NCBI GenBank assembly: GCA_963793865.1
Contig: CAWCBP010000001.1
Coordinates: 832,001-896,000, forward strand
Direction of reading: 5' to 3'
Length of the DNA stretch: 64,000 nt
DNA from: an uncultured delta proteobacterium
GTDB taxonomy: Bacteria > Desulfobacterota > WTBG01
Every line of letters begins with the position of its first letter. The first letter of the stretch is position 1. The notes under the pieces were generated by a model. That model saw only the letters and a list, made by a program, of their open reading frames with translations, did no database searches and was not told the origin of the DNA. Made by a program: the position numbers and the translations under genes. Shown here piece by piece: positions 51,643 to 61,210 of the stretch.

Positions 51643-52759
51643 TGTGATTCACACCCTTCCCGCACTTGAGCTGCTGCATGACAATATTCCGGGCGGCTCG
51701 ATTACCTGGGTGGTGGAGGAAAAGGCGGCCGGCATTGTTGTCGGACACCCCCATCTTCACAAGGTTATCGTATCCAGGCGCAGGCAATGGCTCGCAAATC
51801 TCAGCAGGCCGGCGCGCTGGCTGAAAACCCTTCGGGAGGTTATTGCCTTTGTCAGGGAGCTGCGAGAGGAAACCTATGACCTGGTGATTGACTTCCAGGG
51901 GCTCTGCAAGAGTGCCGTGCTGGTCATGCTCAGCAGGGGCATTCACACGGTTGGCTATGACAGAACGCGCGAGCTGAGCTACCTGGTCCTGAGGCATAGA
52001 ATGGCTCCGCTTCCGGCCGATGCGCACGCGGTCAGCAAAAATATAGCCCTGGTAAAGCATGCGCTGAATCTGGCGGCATCGGCTCAGGGCACAGACACCA
52101 TGAAAGGCGGCGCAGCGCCCGGTCCGTGCCCGGTTGAGAACCGGTCAACGGCCATGCCTGCCGTTGATCGGGATGCTCCGGGCGGCGCGGTCATGCTGGG
52201 CGAGATGGATGAAAGGAGTGTCGATGCACTGCTTCGCTCCTGCGGGGTTGACCCTGCAAGGCCCCTCATGCTGGTTAACGCACCGGCCGGCTGGGAAACA
52301 AAACGCTGGGATGCGCAGAAAACGGCAGCCCTCGCCGACCGGCTCATTAGCGGGTATAATGCACAAATTATCTATACCGGAAGCGGCGGCGATTCCGCGT
52401 TCATTGAGGGAATTATTTCCCGCATGCGGTATCCGGCGGTCAACGCCGCCGGGCGCACCAGTCTCAAAGAGCTGGCCTGCCTGATAAAAAGGGCGCAGAT
52501 TATGATAACCACGGATTCCGGGCCGATGCATCTTGCCGCAATAGTGGGAACGCCCATTGTAGCCATTTTTGGACCCACGGCGCCATGGAGAACCGGACCG
52601 TACACGAACCGGTCACAGATAGTGCGAAAGCAGGTATCATGCAGTCCCTGCTATAAGAGGAGCTGCGCTTCAATGCTGTGCATGAATGAAATCGGGGTGG
52701 ATGAGGTAATGGAGGCTGCCGGATTGTTCATGCGCACATCATGCGCATCGGGAACATAA
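51605..52759 (+). CDS. GT9 LPS heptosyltransferase (WaaC/WaaF-like)
   Basis: KILIVKLSAIGDV, DFQGLCKS, TDSGPMHLA, FGPT. Confidence 0.9.
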   Translation: MKILIVKLSAIGDVIHTLPALELLHDNIPGGSITWVVEEKAAGIVVGHPHLHKVIVSRRRQWLANLSRPARWLKTLREVIAFVRELREETYDLVIDFQGLCKSAVLVMLSRGIHTVGYDRTRELSYLVLRHRMAPLPADAHAVSKNIALVKHALNLAASAQGTDTMKGGAAPGPCPVENRSTAMPAVDRDAPGGAVMLGEMDERSVDALLRSCGVDPARPLMLVNAPAGWETKRWDAQKTAALADRLISGYNAQIIYTGSGGDSAFIEGIISRMRYPAVNAAGRTSLKELACLIKRAQIMITTDSGPMHLAAIVGTPIVAIFGPTAPWRTGPYTNRSQIVRKQVSCSPCYKRSCASMLCMNEIGVDEVMEAAGLFMRTSCASGT

Positions 52760-52828
52760 TATATAAAGGGGCTTTTGCAGGAAGTCTAACAGTTCCAGGT
52801 TTTGAAACAGGAAAGGAGAACACGGACA

Positions 52829-53770
52829 ATGCGCTCACTGGTTACCGGTGTTGCCGGCTTTATAGGCTCGCACCTTGCGGAACGGCTGCTTGAAGAAGGC
52901 CATGAAGTGGTGGGAGTTGACTGTTTTACCCCCTATTATGCCCGGTCAGTGAAGGAAGGCAACCTGAAAGGGCTGCTCTCCCGGTCCGGATTCACCTTCG
53001 TGGAGGGAAATCTTCTGGAACTCGATCTCGCCGCTCTTCTTAAGGGAATCACGCATGTATTTCATCAAGCGGCGCAGGCGGGTGTTCGAGCGAGCTGGGG
53101 AAAGGAGTTTGAGGTTTACACTTCCTTGAACATCCTGGCGACGCAGCTGTTGCTGGAGGCGTGCAAAGGCAAGGAGCTTGAACGGTTTGTCTACGCTTCC
53201 TCTTCCTCCGTCTATGGCGACTCAGCTGCATTGCCCCTGAGCGAGGACAGCATTCCCCAGCCGGTCTCCCCCTACGGAGTCACAAAATTGGCGGCTGAAC
53301 ATCTTTGCCATACCTATGCCTACAATTATGCCATTCCCATTATCTCACTGCGCTATTTCACCGTGTACGGTCCCCGCCAGAGACCCGACATGGCATTTCA
53401 CCGGTTTATGCGGGCTCTGCTGCAGGACGATGTGATTGAGGTGTATGGTGACGGTTCCCAGACGCGGGATTTCACCTTTGTGGCTGACGCGGTTGAAGCG
53501 AATATGCTGGGGATGAAATGTGCGGAGTCGGGGAAGGTCTTTAATGTCGGCGGCGGATCGAGGGTGATGCTTAATGAGGTGCTCGACACCATCCAGGAAA
53601 TTGCCTCCAGGCGCGCGCGGGTGAAATACCTTAAAAGTCAGCGAGGGGACATGAAACATACGCTGGCCGACACCACCCGGGCCGGGAAAGAGCTTGGCTA
53701 CCGTCCCCGGGTTGGATTGAAGGCGGGGCTTAAAGCGGAATGGGACTGGCTGAGCGCTTCCTACCGTTGA
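52829..53770 (+). CDS. NAD-dependent nucleotide-sugar epimerase/dehydratase (UDP-glucuronate/glucose epimerase-like)
   Basis: [40 protein letters not shown]. Confidence 0.92.
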   Translation: MRSLVTGVAGFIGSHLAERLLEEGHEVVGVDCFTPYYARSVKEGNLKGLLSRSGFTFVEGNLLELDLAALLKGITHVFHQAAQAGVRASWGKEFEVYTSLNILATQLLLEACKGKELERFVYASSSSVYGDSAALPLSEDSIPQPVSPYGVTKLAAEHLCHTYAYNYAIPIISLRYFTVYGPRQRPDMAFHRFMRALLQDDVIEVYGDGSQTRDFTFVADAVEANMLGMKCAESGKVFNVGGGSRVMLNEVLDTIQEIASRRARVKYLKSQRGDMKHTLADTTRAGKELGYRPRVGLKAGLKAEWDWLSASYR

Positions 53771-53802
53771 GGCGTTGCCGGAACAAAAGAAAGGAGAAGG
53801 AT

Positions 53803-53991
53803 ATGGCGCTTAAAAAGGAATTGCTTGAAATTCTCGCCTGCCCCAAGTGCGTGAGGGATCCGGGATGCACCGGGGAGCTTGAATATCGCGAAAAAGAAGA
53901 GCAGCTCATCTGCCATCACTGCAGGCTGGTCTACCACGTCAAGGATGACATACCGGTTATGCTTATCGATGAGGCCAGCCCACTGGCCTAG
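53803..53991 (+). CDS. Trm112/UPF0434 (YcaR-like) small protein
   Basis: [19 protein letters not shown]; strong RBS. Confidence 0.9.
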   Translation: MALKKELLEILACPKCVRDPGCTGELEYREKEEQLICHHCRLVYHVKDDIPVMLIDEASPLA

Positions 53992-54117
53992 CAGTCTGTT
54001 GAAAAACACCCATCTGCCGCGTTACGCTCATCCTTCGTCATTGCGACGTACCGAAAAGTACGCCTCATTCCTCAGCATTTCGCGTGCCTTGCATCTGGAT
54101 GTTTTTGAACAGACTGC
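53991..54117. mobile_element. MITE-like 127-bp element with terminal inverted repeats
   Basis: gcagtctgttgaaaaaca ... tgtttttgaacagactgc (17 of 18 complementary), non-coding, between convergent genes. Confidence 0.65.
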
Positions 54118-54136
54118 GAAATGCTTATTGAAAAAC

Positions 54137-55045
54137 CTAACGTAATCCTGCGCCTTTCCCTGACATGCGGGCGCGAAAGCCCCACTTGATCCTGCGCAGC
54201 CTGGTCATCACCCGGTACCGCTTCAGGGCCCGCGGCAGCAGCCGTGCGGCATCCTCGTTCTCTGCCAGGTAGGCGCGGCACAATCGCATTTGGTCTCCCC
54301 TGGTAACCGTCCCGCTGAACACCCGGTATTTTTCAATCGATCGATTAAATCGCATAAGGTTGTCCAGCTTTTCGCCGGGGTGAAGCCTGTCTTTCAGAAT
54401 TGCCCGGTCGAAATCGATGATAAACACCTCCGGCGATGGCTGCGATTCCCCTTCTCGCAGGAGGACGTTTTTCAGGTGGAGGTCCCGGTGGTAGATGCCG
54501 CTGCGGTGCATGGCGGAAAATGCGCGCGCAACCTCCTCAAAGACGCCAGCCTTGGCACTGAACCGCTGCTCGAGCGTCCGGCCCTTGAGCAGATCGAAAT
54601 AAGAGGTTAAATCGGTGCAGCCCGGGAGTTCCAGAGAGAGGATAAAAGCCCGGTAGAACGGTCCCGGCAGCTTTTCCTTTACCGCGGCGATTATCTCGGC
54701 TGTTTTTATACCTCTCTCAATGATGGCACGGTTGGCGCGCATCTCCTCGAACGGGCGGTTGCCGCCGCAGAAAATCTCGCGGCTCAGGTGGCGGATGAGC
54801 CCGCCTCGCAGGCACTGCTTGATAACCACGCGGGCGCCTCCGCTTTCTTCAAGCGGCAGGGAGACAAGAGATCCCCTTCCGGTGAAGAGCCGCTGTTCAT
54901 GGTGAAAGCTGCGCATCAGGAACCGGCAGGGATCCATCACGCCCAGCTTGAGCAGCCCGGTCCTGTATGCATCTTTAATGAGGGCGGAAACAGTGCCCTG
55001 CTCAAGGAAACTGCACTGTGCCGGAATGGAAGCGCTCTTCGCCAT
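54137..55045 (-). CDS. Kdo/WaaP-family LPS kinase (KdkA-like)
   Basis: RGGL, RPFEE, GIYHRDLHLKNVL, IIDFDR, NLMRF.RS. Confidence 0.85.
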   Translation of the reverse strand: MAKSASIPAQCSFLEQGTVSALIKDAYRTGLLKLGVMDPCRFLMRSFHHEQRLFTGRGSLVSLPLEESGGARVVIKQCLRGGLIRHLSREIFCGGNRPFEEMRANRAIIERGIKTAEIIAAVKEKLPGPFYRAFILSLELPGCTDLTSYFDLLKGRTLEQRFSAKAGVFEEVARAFSAMHRSGIYHRDLHLKNVLLREGESQPSPEVFIIDFDRAILKDRLHPGEKLDNLMRFNRSIEKYRVFSGTVTRGDQMRLCRAYLAENEDAARLLPRALKRYRVMTRLRRIKWGFRARMSGKGAGLR

Positions 55046-55093
55046 GGTATGGGGAAAGCATGTTCGGGGGAAAAATGCCGAATACGGGTGCTG

Positions 55094-56290
55094 TCAGCGG
55101 GCATTCAATAAGCGATTCGCCTGATCGCGAAAGCGTGCAAAAACCCTGATACAGTACTGCGCGAAGGCAGGCGGATTTTCCCGGGCTGCGGCGCGCATCA
55201 GCAGCAATCCCAGAGCGCCCAGAACCGCATTGGGCAGCCACATGGCAAAAAGCGGTCTGAGCAGGCTGTTTTTGGCGAGCGTCTCAGCCATCAGCATCAG
55301 GAGGTAATAGGCCAGAATGACCAGAAGGCTGATGGTGAAACCGTATGATTTTCCGCCGCGTATTTTTCGTATGCCGAGAGGAATGCCGATCAAACCAAAA
55401 ACAAACGAGGCAAAAGGGATGGCAAATTTTTTGTGATACTCTATTTTGATTTCGATCAATTCCTGTTTCTGCATGCCGCTCATTTTAAGAGAGCGAAGCA
55501 TTTCTGAAAGAGACATCTCCCGGTATTTGCGCTTTTTCTTTTTGAGTTCGCCGAAGGCGGATTTGAGATCCAGGACGATGTCATAGGTGTCGAAGTTGCC
55601 CATCTGAATGGTCTCAAGGTCATTGCTCACACGATGGAATTGTCCGTTGTAAAGCCTCATGTTTATGGACAGTGCAACCGGATCAGACTCTATGAAGGCC
55701 TCCCTGGCAAGTATGGTGGTTGATATGGCCGGGTCGCGACGGTCTGAAATGAAAATGCCCTGTATGCTTCCGCCGCGCACGGATATTTTATCCGCATAGA
55801 TGATCATGCCGTCAAACGAATCGTTAAAAACACGCTCCTGCAGCCCTATTTCCGAGCTTGTCCTGGCGATTTTGTAGGCGAATTCTCTCAGGGAGGCGAA
55901 GCCCCAGGGATAGGCGTAAATGATGATCATGCCGGTAAGGCAAAAGGCAATGAATGAAAATGCCCCGACGGGTACAATAAGCTGGTACAGGCTGATGCCG
56001 GAGGATTTCATCGAGGTAATCTCGTTGTCTACCGACAGCCTGCCAAGTGCGAGCAGGACGGAAAGCAGTACCGACATGGGAATGATATAAACCAAAACGG
56101 GGATGAAAATGTAGGTGATCAGCTGCGCGAGGTCAAGCAGGGCCAAACCCTTGTTGATGAGAAGATCTGAAAACCTTAAGGTTCTTCCCATAAGCAGGAT
56201 CATGCTGAAGATAAGCAGACTGACCAGAAACGGGCTGAACAGCTCCCTGAACACGTAGCCATTTAAAATTTTAAGCCGTATGCTGGGCAT
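55094..56290 (-). CDS. lptF: LPS export ABC transporter permease
   Basis: YVFRELFSPF, GRLSVDNEITSMKSSGIS, FNDSF, EYHKKFAIPF, WLPN. Confidence 0.85.
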   Translation of the reverse strand: MPSIRLKILNGYVFRELFSPFLVSLLIFSMILLMGRTLRFSDLLINKGLALLDLAQLITYIFIPVLVYIIPMSVLLSVLLALGRLSVDNEITSMKSSGISLYQLIVPVGAFSFIAFCLTGMIIIYAYPWGFASLREFAYKIARTSSEIGLQERVFNDSFDGMIIYADKISVRGGSIQGIFISDRRDPAISTTILAREAFIESDPVALSINMRLYNGQFHRVSNDLETIQMGNFDTYDIVLDLKSAFGELKKKKRKYREMSLSEMLRSLKMSGMQKQELIEIKIEYHKKFAIPFASFVFGLIGIPLGIRKIRGGKSYGFTISLLVILAYYLLMLMAETLAKNSLLRPLFAMWLPNAVLGALGLLLMRAAARENPPAFAQYCIRVFARFRDQANRLLNAR

Positions 56291-56452
56291 AAATGTGATC
56301 TGATATGTGTTGATGTTGCACGCCATAAAGATGAGATGCTCATGAGACAGTGTGAGGGCATGGTATCACACTGCGGCAAATTTTCCAGCACAATTTGCAT
56401 TTTTATGCGCCGCCACGGCGAAAAGCCGGCAGCGGGGCATGACAGAAATGTC

Positions 56453-56480
56453 TTGAAAAAAAATAATCTGACCATATAAT
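56453..56480 (+). promoter_or_regulatory. Putative sigma70 promoter for the GT9 operon
   Basis: TTGAAA-16 nt-TATAAT. Confidence 0.5.
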
Positions 56481-56507
56481 CAAAGAACAGATTTTAAATT
56501 AAGGCAT

Positions 56508-57641
56508 GTGCGGATAATGAGAAACGTTCCCCCTAATGACCCGCGGAAGATTCTGATTGTTCGATTGAGCGCCATCGGTGATGTTGTCCGTACCCTTCCC
56601 GCGCTGCGAGCGCTGCGCCGGCGATTCCCTGCGGCATATATCGCCTGGGCGGTGGAGGACGCTTCGTCGGATCTGCTGAGCGGCCATCCCGACCTGGACA
56701 GGGTTTTCATTTTCAGGAGAAGCCGGTGGAAACGCGATCTTCGACGCCTGCGTACCTTTTTTAATCCGGCAGCTGAAGTTGCCCGTCTCCTGCGGGAGAT
56801 ACGAAGTGAAAGATTTGATGTGGCCCTTGATTTTCACGGCATTTTAAAAAGCGGTCTGGTCAGCGCATTATCGGGGGCCCCGTTTCGCGCCGGTCTGGGC
56901 AGGCGCTATTGCAAGGAAGCCAACCATCTTTTCAACAATTATCACGTGGACGTACGATCCAAGGCCATTAGCAGGGTTGACCGGAATCTTCGCTTTGTCG
57001 GTTTTCTGGGCATCAGTGAGACGGGCCGCTACGACCCGGTTATTCCTGTCACCGATGATGACCGCGTTGCGATTGACCGCTTTCTGAAAGAGCGTGACCT
57101 GGCAGCCGCCGTTCCGCTGGTTGCCATTCATCCGGGCACAAGCCGCAAAACACTTTACAAGCGATGGAACCCCTCGGGGTACGCCATCCTTGCCGACCGG
57201 CTGATCGAGCGTCTTGGTGCGCGGGTCATATGGACATGGGGGCCGGGGGAACTGGAAACGGTTCAGGAGATTGCCGGTACCATGCGCCATGATTCTGTTA
57301 TTGCCGAACGGATTTCCCTCAGGCAGCTGGCTGAACTCTTCCGGCGCGCGGCGCTGTTTGTGGGCAGCGACAGCGGCCCCATGCACATAGCCTGCTTCGT
57401 AAAAACCCCGGCGGTGGTCATTTATGGCCCGACCGATCCGGTGGTGAATGCGCCGTATCAGCACAGCCGCTTCATCGTTCTCAGCAAGGACGTATCCTGC
57501 AATCCCTGCAGGATCAGGGATTGCAGCCGAGTGGACTGCATGAACGCGATTACACCGGAAGAGGTATTTAACGCGGCGGCCTTACTTTTAAGCGGCCCGA
57601 AGCCGTACCCGGCAGCTGTTGGACAGCAGGTCAGTCAATGA
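56508..57641 (+). CDS. GT9 LPS heptosyltransferase
   Basis: KILIVRLSAIGDV, DFHGILKS, HPGTS, DSGPMH, YGPT. Confidence 0.9.
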   Translation: MRIMRNVPPNDPRKILIVRLSAIGDVVRTLPALRALRRRFPAAYIAWAVEDASSDLLSGHPDLDRVFIFRRSRWKRDLRRLRTFFNPAAEVARLLREIRSERFDVALDFHGILKSGLVSALSGAPFRAGLGRRYCKEANHLFNNYHVDVRSKAISRVDRNLRFVGFLGISETGRYDPVIPVTDDDRVAIDRFLKERDLAAAVPLVAIHPGTSRKTLYKRWNPSGYAILADRLIERLGARVIWTWGPGELETVQEIAGTMRHDSVIAERISLRQLAELFRRAALFVGSDSGPMHIACFVKTPAVVIYGPTDPVVNAPYQHSRFIVLSKDVSCNPCRIRDCSRVDCMNAITPEEVFNAAALLLSGPKPYPAAVGQQVSQ

Positions 57642-58735
57642 TCGATCCGCCGCCTCTGGGCGCGATTGAAAAGGTGCTGGTGCGGGGGGTTAACTGGATC
57701 GGGGATACCATTCTGACCCTGCCTTCAATCGAGGCGCTCAGAAACCTCCTGCCGAAGGCGCACATCACCCTTCTGGCGCGTGATCATCTTCATCCACTCT
57801 TCAGAAACGCGCCCCGGGTGGATGAGATTATATCCTGTTCCGGCGCGGGCGGAATTCGGTGCCTGGAAGAAGAGGCGCGGCTTGCACGGAGGGTCAGGGA
57901 AGCCGGGTACGACCTGGCACTTATTTTCCCCCGTTCCCCGCGTGCCGCCCTGACGCCCTGGCTGGCCGGGGTTCGATTTCGCGTCGGCTACGCTGCCAAT
58001 GGGAGAGGCGTCCTGCTCACCCACAGCCTGAAGGAATCCAGGCAACTGCTGCAAGCCCATCAGGCTGATTACTATTACAGGCTGGTACAGTATCTGGGGG
58101 CTCGCGGTGCACGGTCACTGCCCCGGCTTTACACCGGCAGGGAGGAAGCGGACTGGGCTGATTCCTTTTTTGAGGCTGCCGATATTTCGGGCGAGCATGC
58201 CATAATAGCCATTAATCCCGGCTCCACCTACGGACCGGCGAAGTGCTGGCCGGTTGACAAGTACATACGGCTTGCGCGCAGGCTGCTTTCCTCCTCTCGC
58301 AACCGGCTGCTTCTTGTCGGCGGATCTGACAATGCGGATCTGATTAATTATATGTATCTAAGCCTTAACCGTCGGGTGGCCAGAGCGGTGGGAGAAGACC
58401 TGATGCGGCTGGCAGCCCTTTTGAAACGCTGCCATTTGCTTATTACCAATGATACCGGACCGATGCACCTGGCAGCGGCTGTGCAGACGCCGCTCCTGGC
58501 GATTTTTGGCTCCACGGACCCTGTCACCACCTCGCCGCTGGGTGCGCGCAGCCGCCTGCTGCGAAAGCACATGGACTGCAGCCCGTGTCTGAAACGCCGC
58601 TGCCCTCATGACCACCGCTGCATGGAGTCAATCTCGGTTGAGGAGGTTGAGGCGGCGGCATGGGAACATGTGGCGCTTTCAGGCAGGCCTGCGCCGCGGC
58701 AATCAGTGAAGCAACTTACATCGATAACGGAATGA
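57638..58735 (+). CDS. waaF: LPS heptosyltransferase II
   Basis: NWIGD, NPGSTYGPAKCWP, TNDTGPMHLAAA, FGSTD, CSPCLKRRCP. Confidence 0.85.
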   Translation: MIDPPPLGAIEKVLVRGVNWIGDTILTLPSIEALRNLLPKAHITLLARDHLHPLFRNAPRVDEIISCSGAGGIRCLEEEARLARRVREAGYDLALIFPRSPRAALTPWLAGVRFRVGYAANGRGVLLTHSLKESRQLLQAHQADYYYRLVQYLGARGARSLPRLYTGREEADWADSFFEAADISGEHAIIAINPGSTYGPAKCWPVDKYIRLARRLLSSSRNRLLLVGGSDNADLINYMYLSLNRRVARAVGEDLMRLAALLKRCHLLITNDTGPMHLAAAVQTPLLAIFGSTDPVTTSPLGARSRLLRKHMDCSPCLKRRCPHDHRCMESISVEEVEAAAWEHVALSGRPAPRQSVKQLTSITE

Positions 58736-58742
58736 CAGCGCA

Positions 58743-59528
58743 ATGCGACCCCCGATTTCAGCCTGTATAATTACCTACAACGAGGAAAAGAATATTGAGG
58801 CCTGCCTTGAATCCATTTCATGGGTGGAGGAAATCATCGTGGTGGACTCGATGAGCAGTGACCGCACCGTCGAACTGTGCAAAAAACATACTGAAAAAGT
58901 TTATCAGCAGGAGTGGCAGGGTCATGTGAAGCAGAAAAACTGCGCCCTGGAGTTCGCCCGACACGAGTGGGTGTTGTGTCTTGACGCCGATGAGCGGGTC
59001 TCTCCTGAGCTGAGGCGGGAAATAGAGGAATGCCTTTCAGGAGAGACACAGGCAGCGAACGGATATTTTTTCCCGCGGCATTCATTTTACCTGGGGCGAT
59101 GGATTAATCATGGCGGCTGGTATCCTGATTACAAACTGCGACTCTTCAGGAAATCAAAAGGGCGATGGGGCGGAAAAGATCCTCATGACCGGGTTATGCT
59201 TGAGGGAACCAGCGCATATTTAAAGTCGGATCTTGTGCACTATGTGTACCGGAACCTGTCCCACCAGCTGCAAACGGTGGACAATTTCTCCGCCATCACC
59301 GCAACCATTTTGGATGAGGAGGGGACACGGTTTTCGGCGGGACAGCTTGTTTTTCGCCCCGTTTTAAAATTTCTGGGCACCTATTTCATCAAGCGGGGAT
59401 TCCTGGACGGGCTGCCCGGTTTCATCATATCCGTGGCCTCGTCTTTTTATGTGTTTCTCAGGTATGCAAAGCTCTGGGAACTGCAGCAGCGCGGGAAGAA
59501 TGGACAATCCAGCCGTACTACCAGATAG
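58743..59528 (+). CDS. GT2 LPS beta-glucosyltransferase (KdtX/LgtF-like)
   Basis: IITYNEE, VVDSMSSD, LDADE, GWYPDYKLRLF, GFLDG. Confidence 0.88.
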   Translation: MRPPISACIITYNEEKNIEACLESISWVEEIIVVDSMSSDRTVELCKKHTEKVYQQEWQGHVKQKNCALEFARHEWVLCLDADERVSPELRREIEECLSGETQAANGYFFPRHSFYLGRWINHGGWYPDYKLRLFRKSKGRWGGKDPHDRVMLEGTSAYLKSDLVHYVYRNLSHQLQTVDNFSAITATILDEEGTRFSAGQLVFRPVLKFLGTYFIKRGFLDGLPGFIISVASSFYVFLRYAKLWELQQRGKNGQSSRTTR

Positions 59529-61185
59529 AAACATGGCATTTTCCACGGTGCGGGAGGACGGCATTCACTGGATTATTGATGCCTCCTGTCGTCCGCTTAT
59601 CCCGGCTGCGGCGCTGGGAATGCTGCTCCGGCCGGTTCCGGGTCATGAATGCCGGGTCATCAGGGAAAACAAGGTGCGCCGCAGCATGCTTATCCGGGTT
59701 CCGCAGCTTTCGGAGGTGCTTTTTGCAAAGCTTTACAAAAAGCCGGTCGGGGCCGGGAAGCTAAAATATTTTCTCCTTCCTTCCAAGGCATCGGCTGAAT
59801 GGAAGAACATGCTCAAGCTGTATGAGCGCGGCCTGCCGGTGGCGCGTCCGCTGGCCCGGGGAGAAAAAAGAAGGCGGGGTTTTTTGCAGGAGGCATATCT
59901 TTTCACAGTGGCGCTTGCGGGCGCCATTCCTTTGACCGATTTTGCCGCGGGCATGAGAGACGTCGCGGGTAGAATGAGACTGGAGGAGAAGGCAGCGTGC
60001 CTGGTTTCAGAGATACACAGCAGGGGATTTTTTTTCCGCGATCTGCATGCCGGCAACATTCTGATTGTGCCCGAAAGCGATACCGGCTACCACCTGTGGC
60101 TGGCTGACTTTCACAAGGCATGGCACACGGGAAGGGTGCCCTTCTGGATGCGCGCGAGGGACCTGGCACAGCTGCGCAATTCATTATCAGTATCGATGAC
60201 CGGCCAGGTGCGATTCCTGAAAGCCTATCTCAGGCAGTCAAACCTGCCCCCGGATTATTTCAGAAAGTTGGCGCGGCGGATTGACCACACATCTAAAAAG
60301 TTGTGGAGCACGCACCTCAGGAGCAGGACCAGGCGATGCCTCATGGAAAGCTCGGAATTTTCTGTTTCTACCGGCACAGGTTGCCGAATCTACCGGCACA
60401 AGACATGCCCCGCGGGTCTCCTGGACACGCTGCTTAAAGCGCACGCATACCCCTCCCGCGATACTACGGCGACCTTGAAAAGAACCGCCAAGGAAACAAT
60501 CTCCCTGCTTACTGCGACCCATGATGGAATCGATTACAAGGTTGTGGTCAGGGAATCGTTCTGCGCGACATTTCTTGCCCGTTTGCGATACACGCTTTTT
60601 CCCTCCCGCGCCAGACAAAACTGGATTGGTGCCAGGGCCCTGCGGGTGAGGGGCATTCCGACGCCGGATGCGCTGGCGCTGGTTGAGTACCGATCCGGAC
60701 TTTTGTCCAAAAGATCACTGCTTTTTACCCGGTATATTGAAGGGGCGTGCGAGCTCAATGAGTATGTGCTTTCCCGCTATGGCGGTGCCTTGTCGCCGGC
60801 GACACGGAAGCAGAAGAAAAGGTTTATCCAAACGCTTGCGGAATTGATCCGGGATATGCATGCCAAGGGCATTTATCACGCAGACATGAAATCAAATAAC
60901 ATTCTGGTGCGTGAGGATGGGGATGCCTGGAAGCTGTTCATCATCGATTTGGACCGGGTCCGGCTCAGGAAGTCTCTTTCTTTCACGCAGCGGGCAAACA
61001 ATCTGGCCCAGATTAACGCATCAGTTGCCGCCTGCATTACGCCGGCTGACCGCATTTCATTTTTCAGGCATTACGCGAAGGGAAGATCGCCGGCACCGGG
61101 GGCAAAAAAATACTTCAGGCGGATTATGGACATCGGCAGAAAAAAAAACACCAGGCCCTACGGGCTGGTGTTTGAGGAACCGTAA
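59500..61185 (+). CDS. Tandem two-domain Kdo/WaaP/InaA-family LPS kinase
   Basis: Domain 1 FRDLHAGNIL..LADF..RDLAQL; domain 2 HADMKSNNIL..IIDLD..NLAQI; start 59500 or 59533. Confidence 0.82.
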   Translation: MDNPAVLPDRNMAFSTVREDGIHWIIDASCRPLIPAAALGMLLRPVPGHECRVIRENKVRRSMLIRVPQLSEVLFAKLYKKPVGAGKLKYFLLPSKASAEWKNMLKLYERGLPVARPLARGEKRRRGFLQEAYLFTVALAGAIPLTDFAAGMRDVAGRMRLEEKAACLVSEIHSRGFFFRDLHAGNILIVPESDTGYHLWLADFHKAWHTGRVPFWMRARDLAQLRNSLSVSMTGQVRFLKAYLRQSNLPPDYFRKLARRIDHTSKKLWSTHLRSRTRRCLMESSEFSVSTGTGCRIYRHKTCPAGLLDTLLKAHAYPSRDTTATLKRTAKETISLLTATHDGIDYKVVVRESFCATFLARLRYTLFPSRARQNWIGARALRVRGIPTPDALALVEYRSGLLSKRSLLFTRYIEGACELNEYVLSRYGGALSPATRKQKKRFIQTLAELIRDMHAKGIYHADMKSNNILVREDGDAWKLFIIDLDRVRLRKSLSFTQRANNLAQINASVAACITPADRISFFRHYAKGRSPAPGAKKYFRRIMDIGRKKNTRPYGLVFEEP

Positions 61186-61210
61186 ACCCATGCATCAGGG
61201 AACGGCTTGC

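Noticed and set aside
52765..52792. Short gcttttgcaggaagtctaa stretch resembling an IS end remnant
   Set aside because: Too short, with no partner end or transposase in the window.
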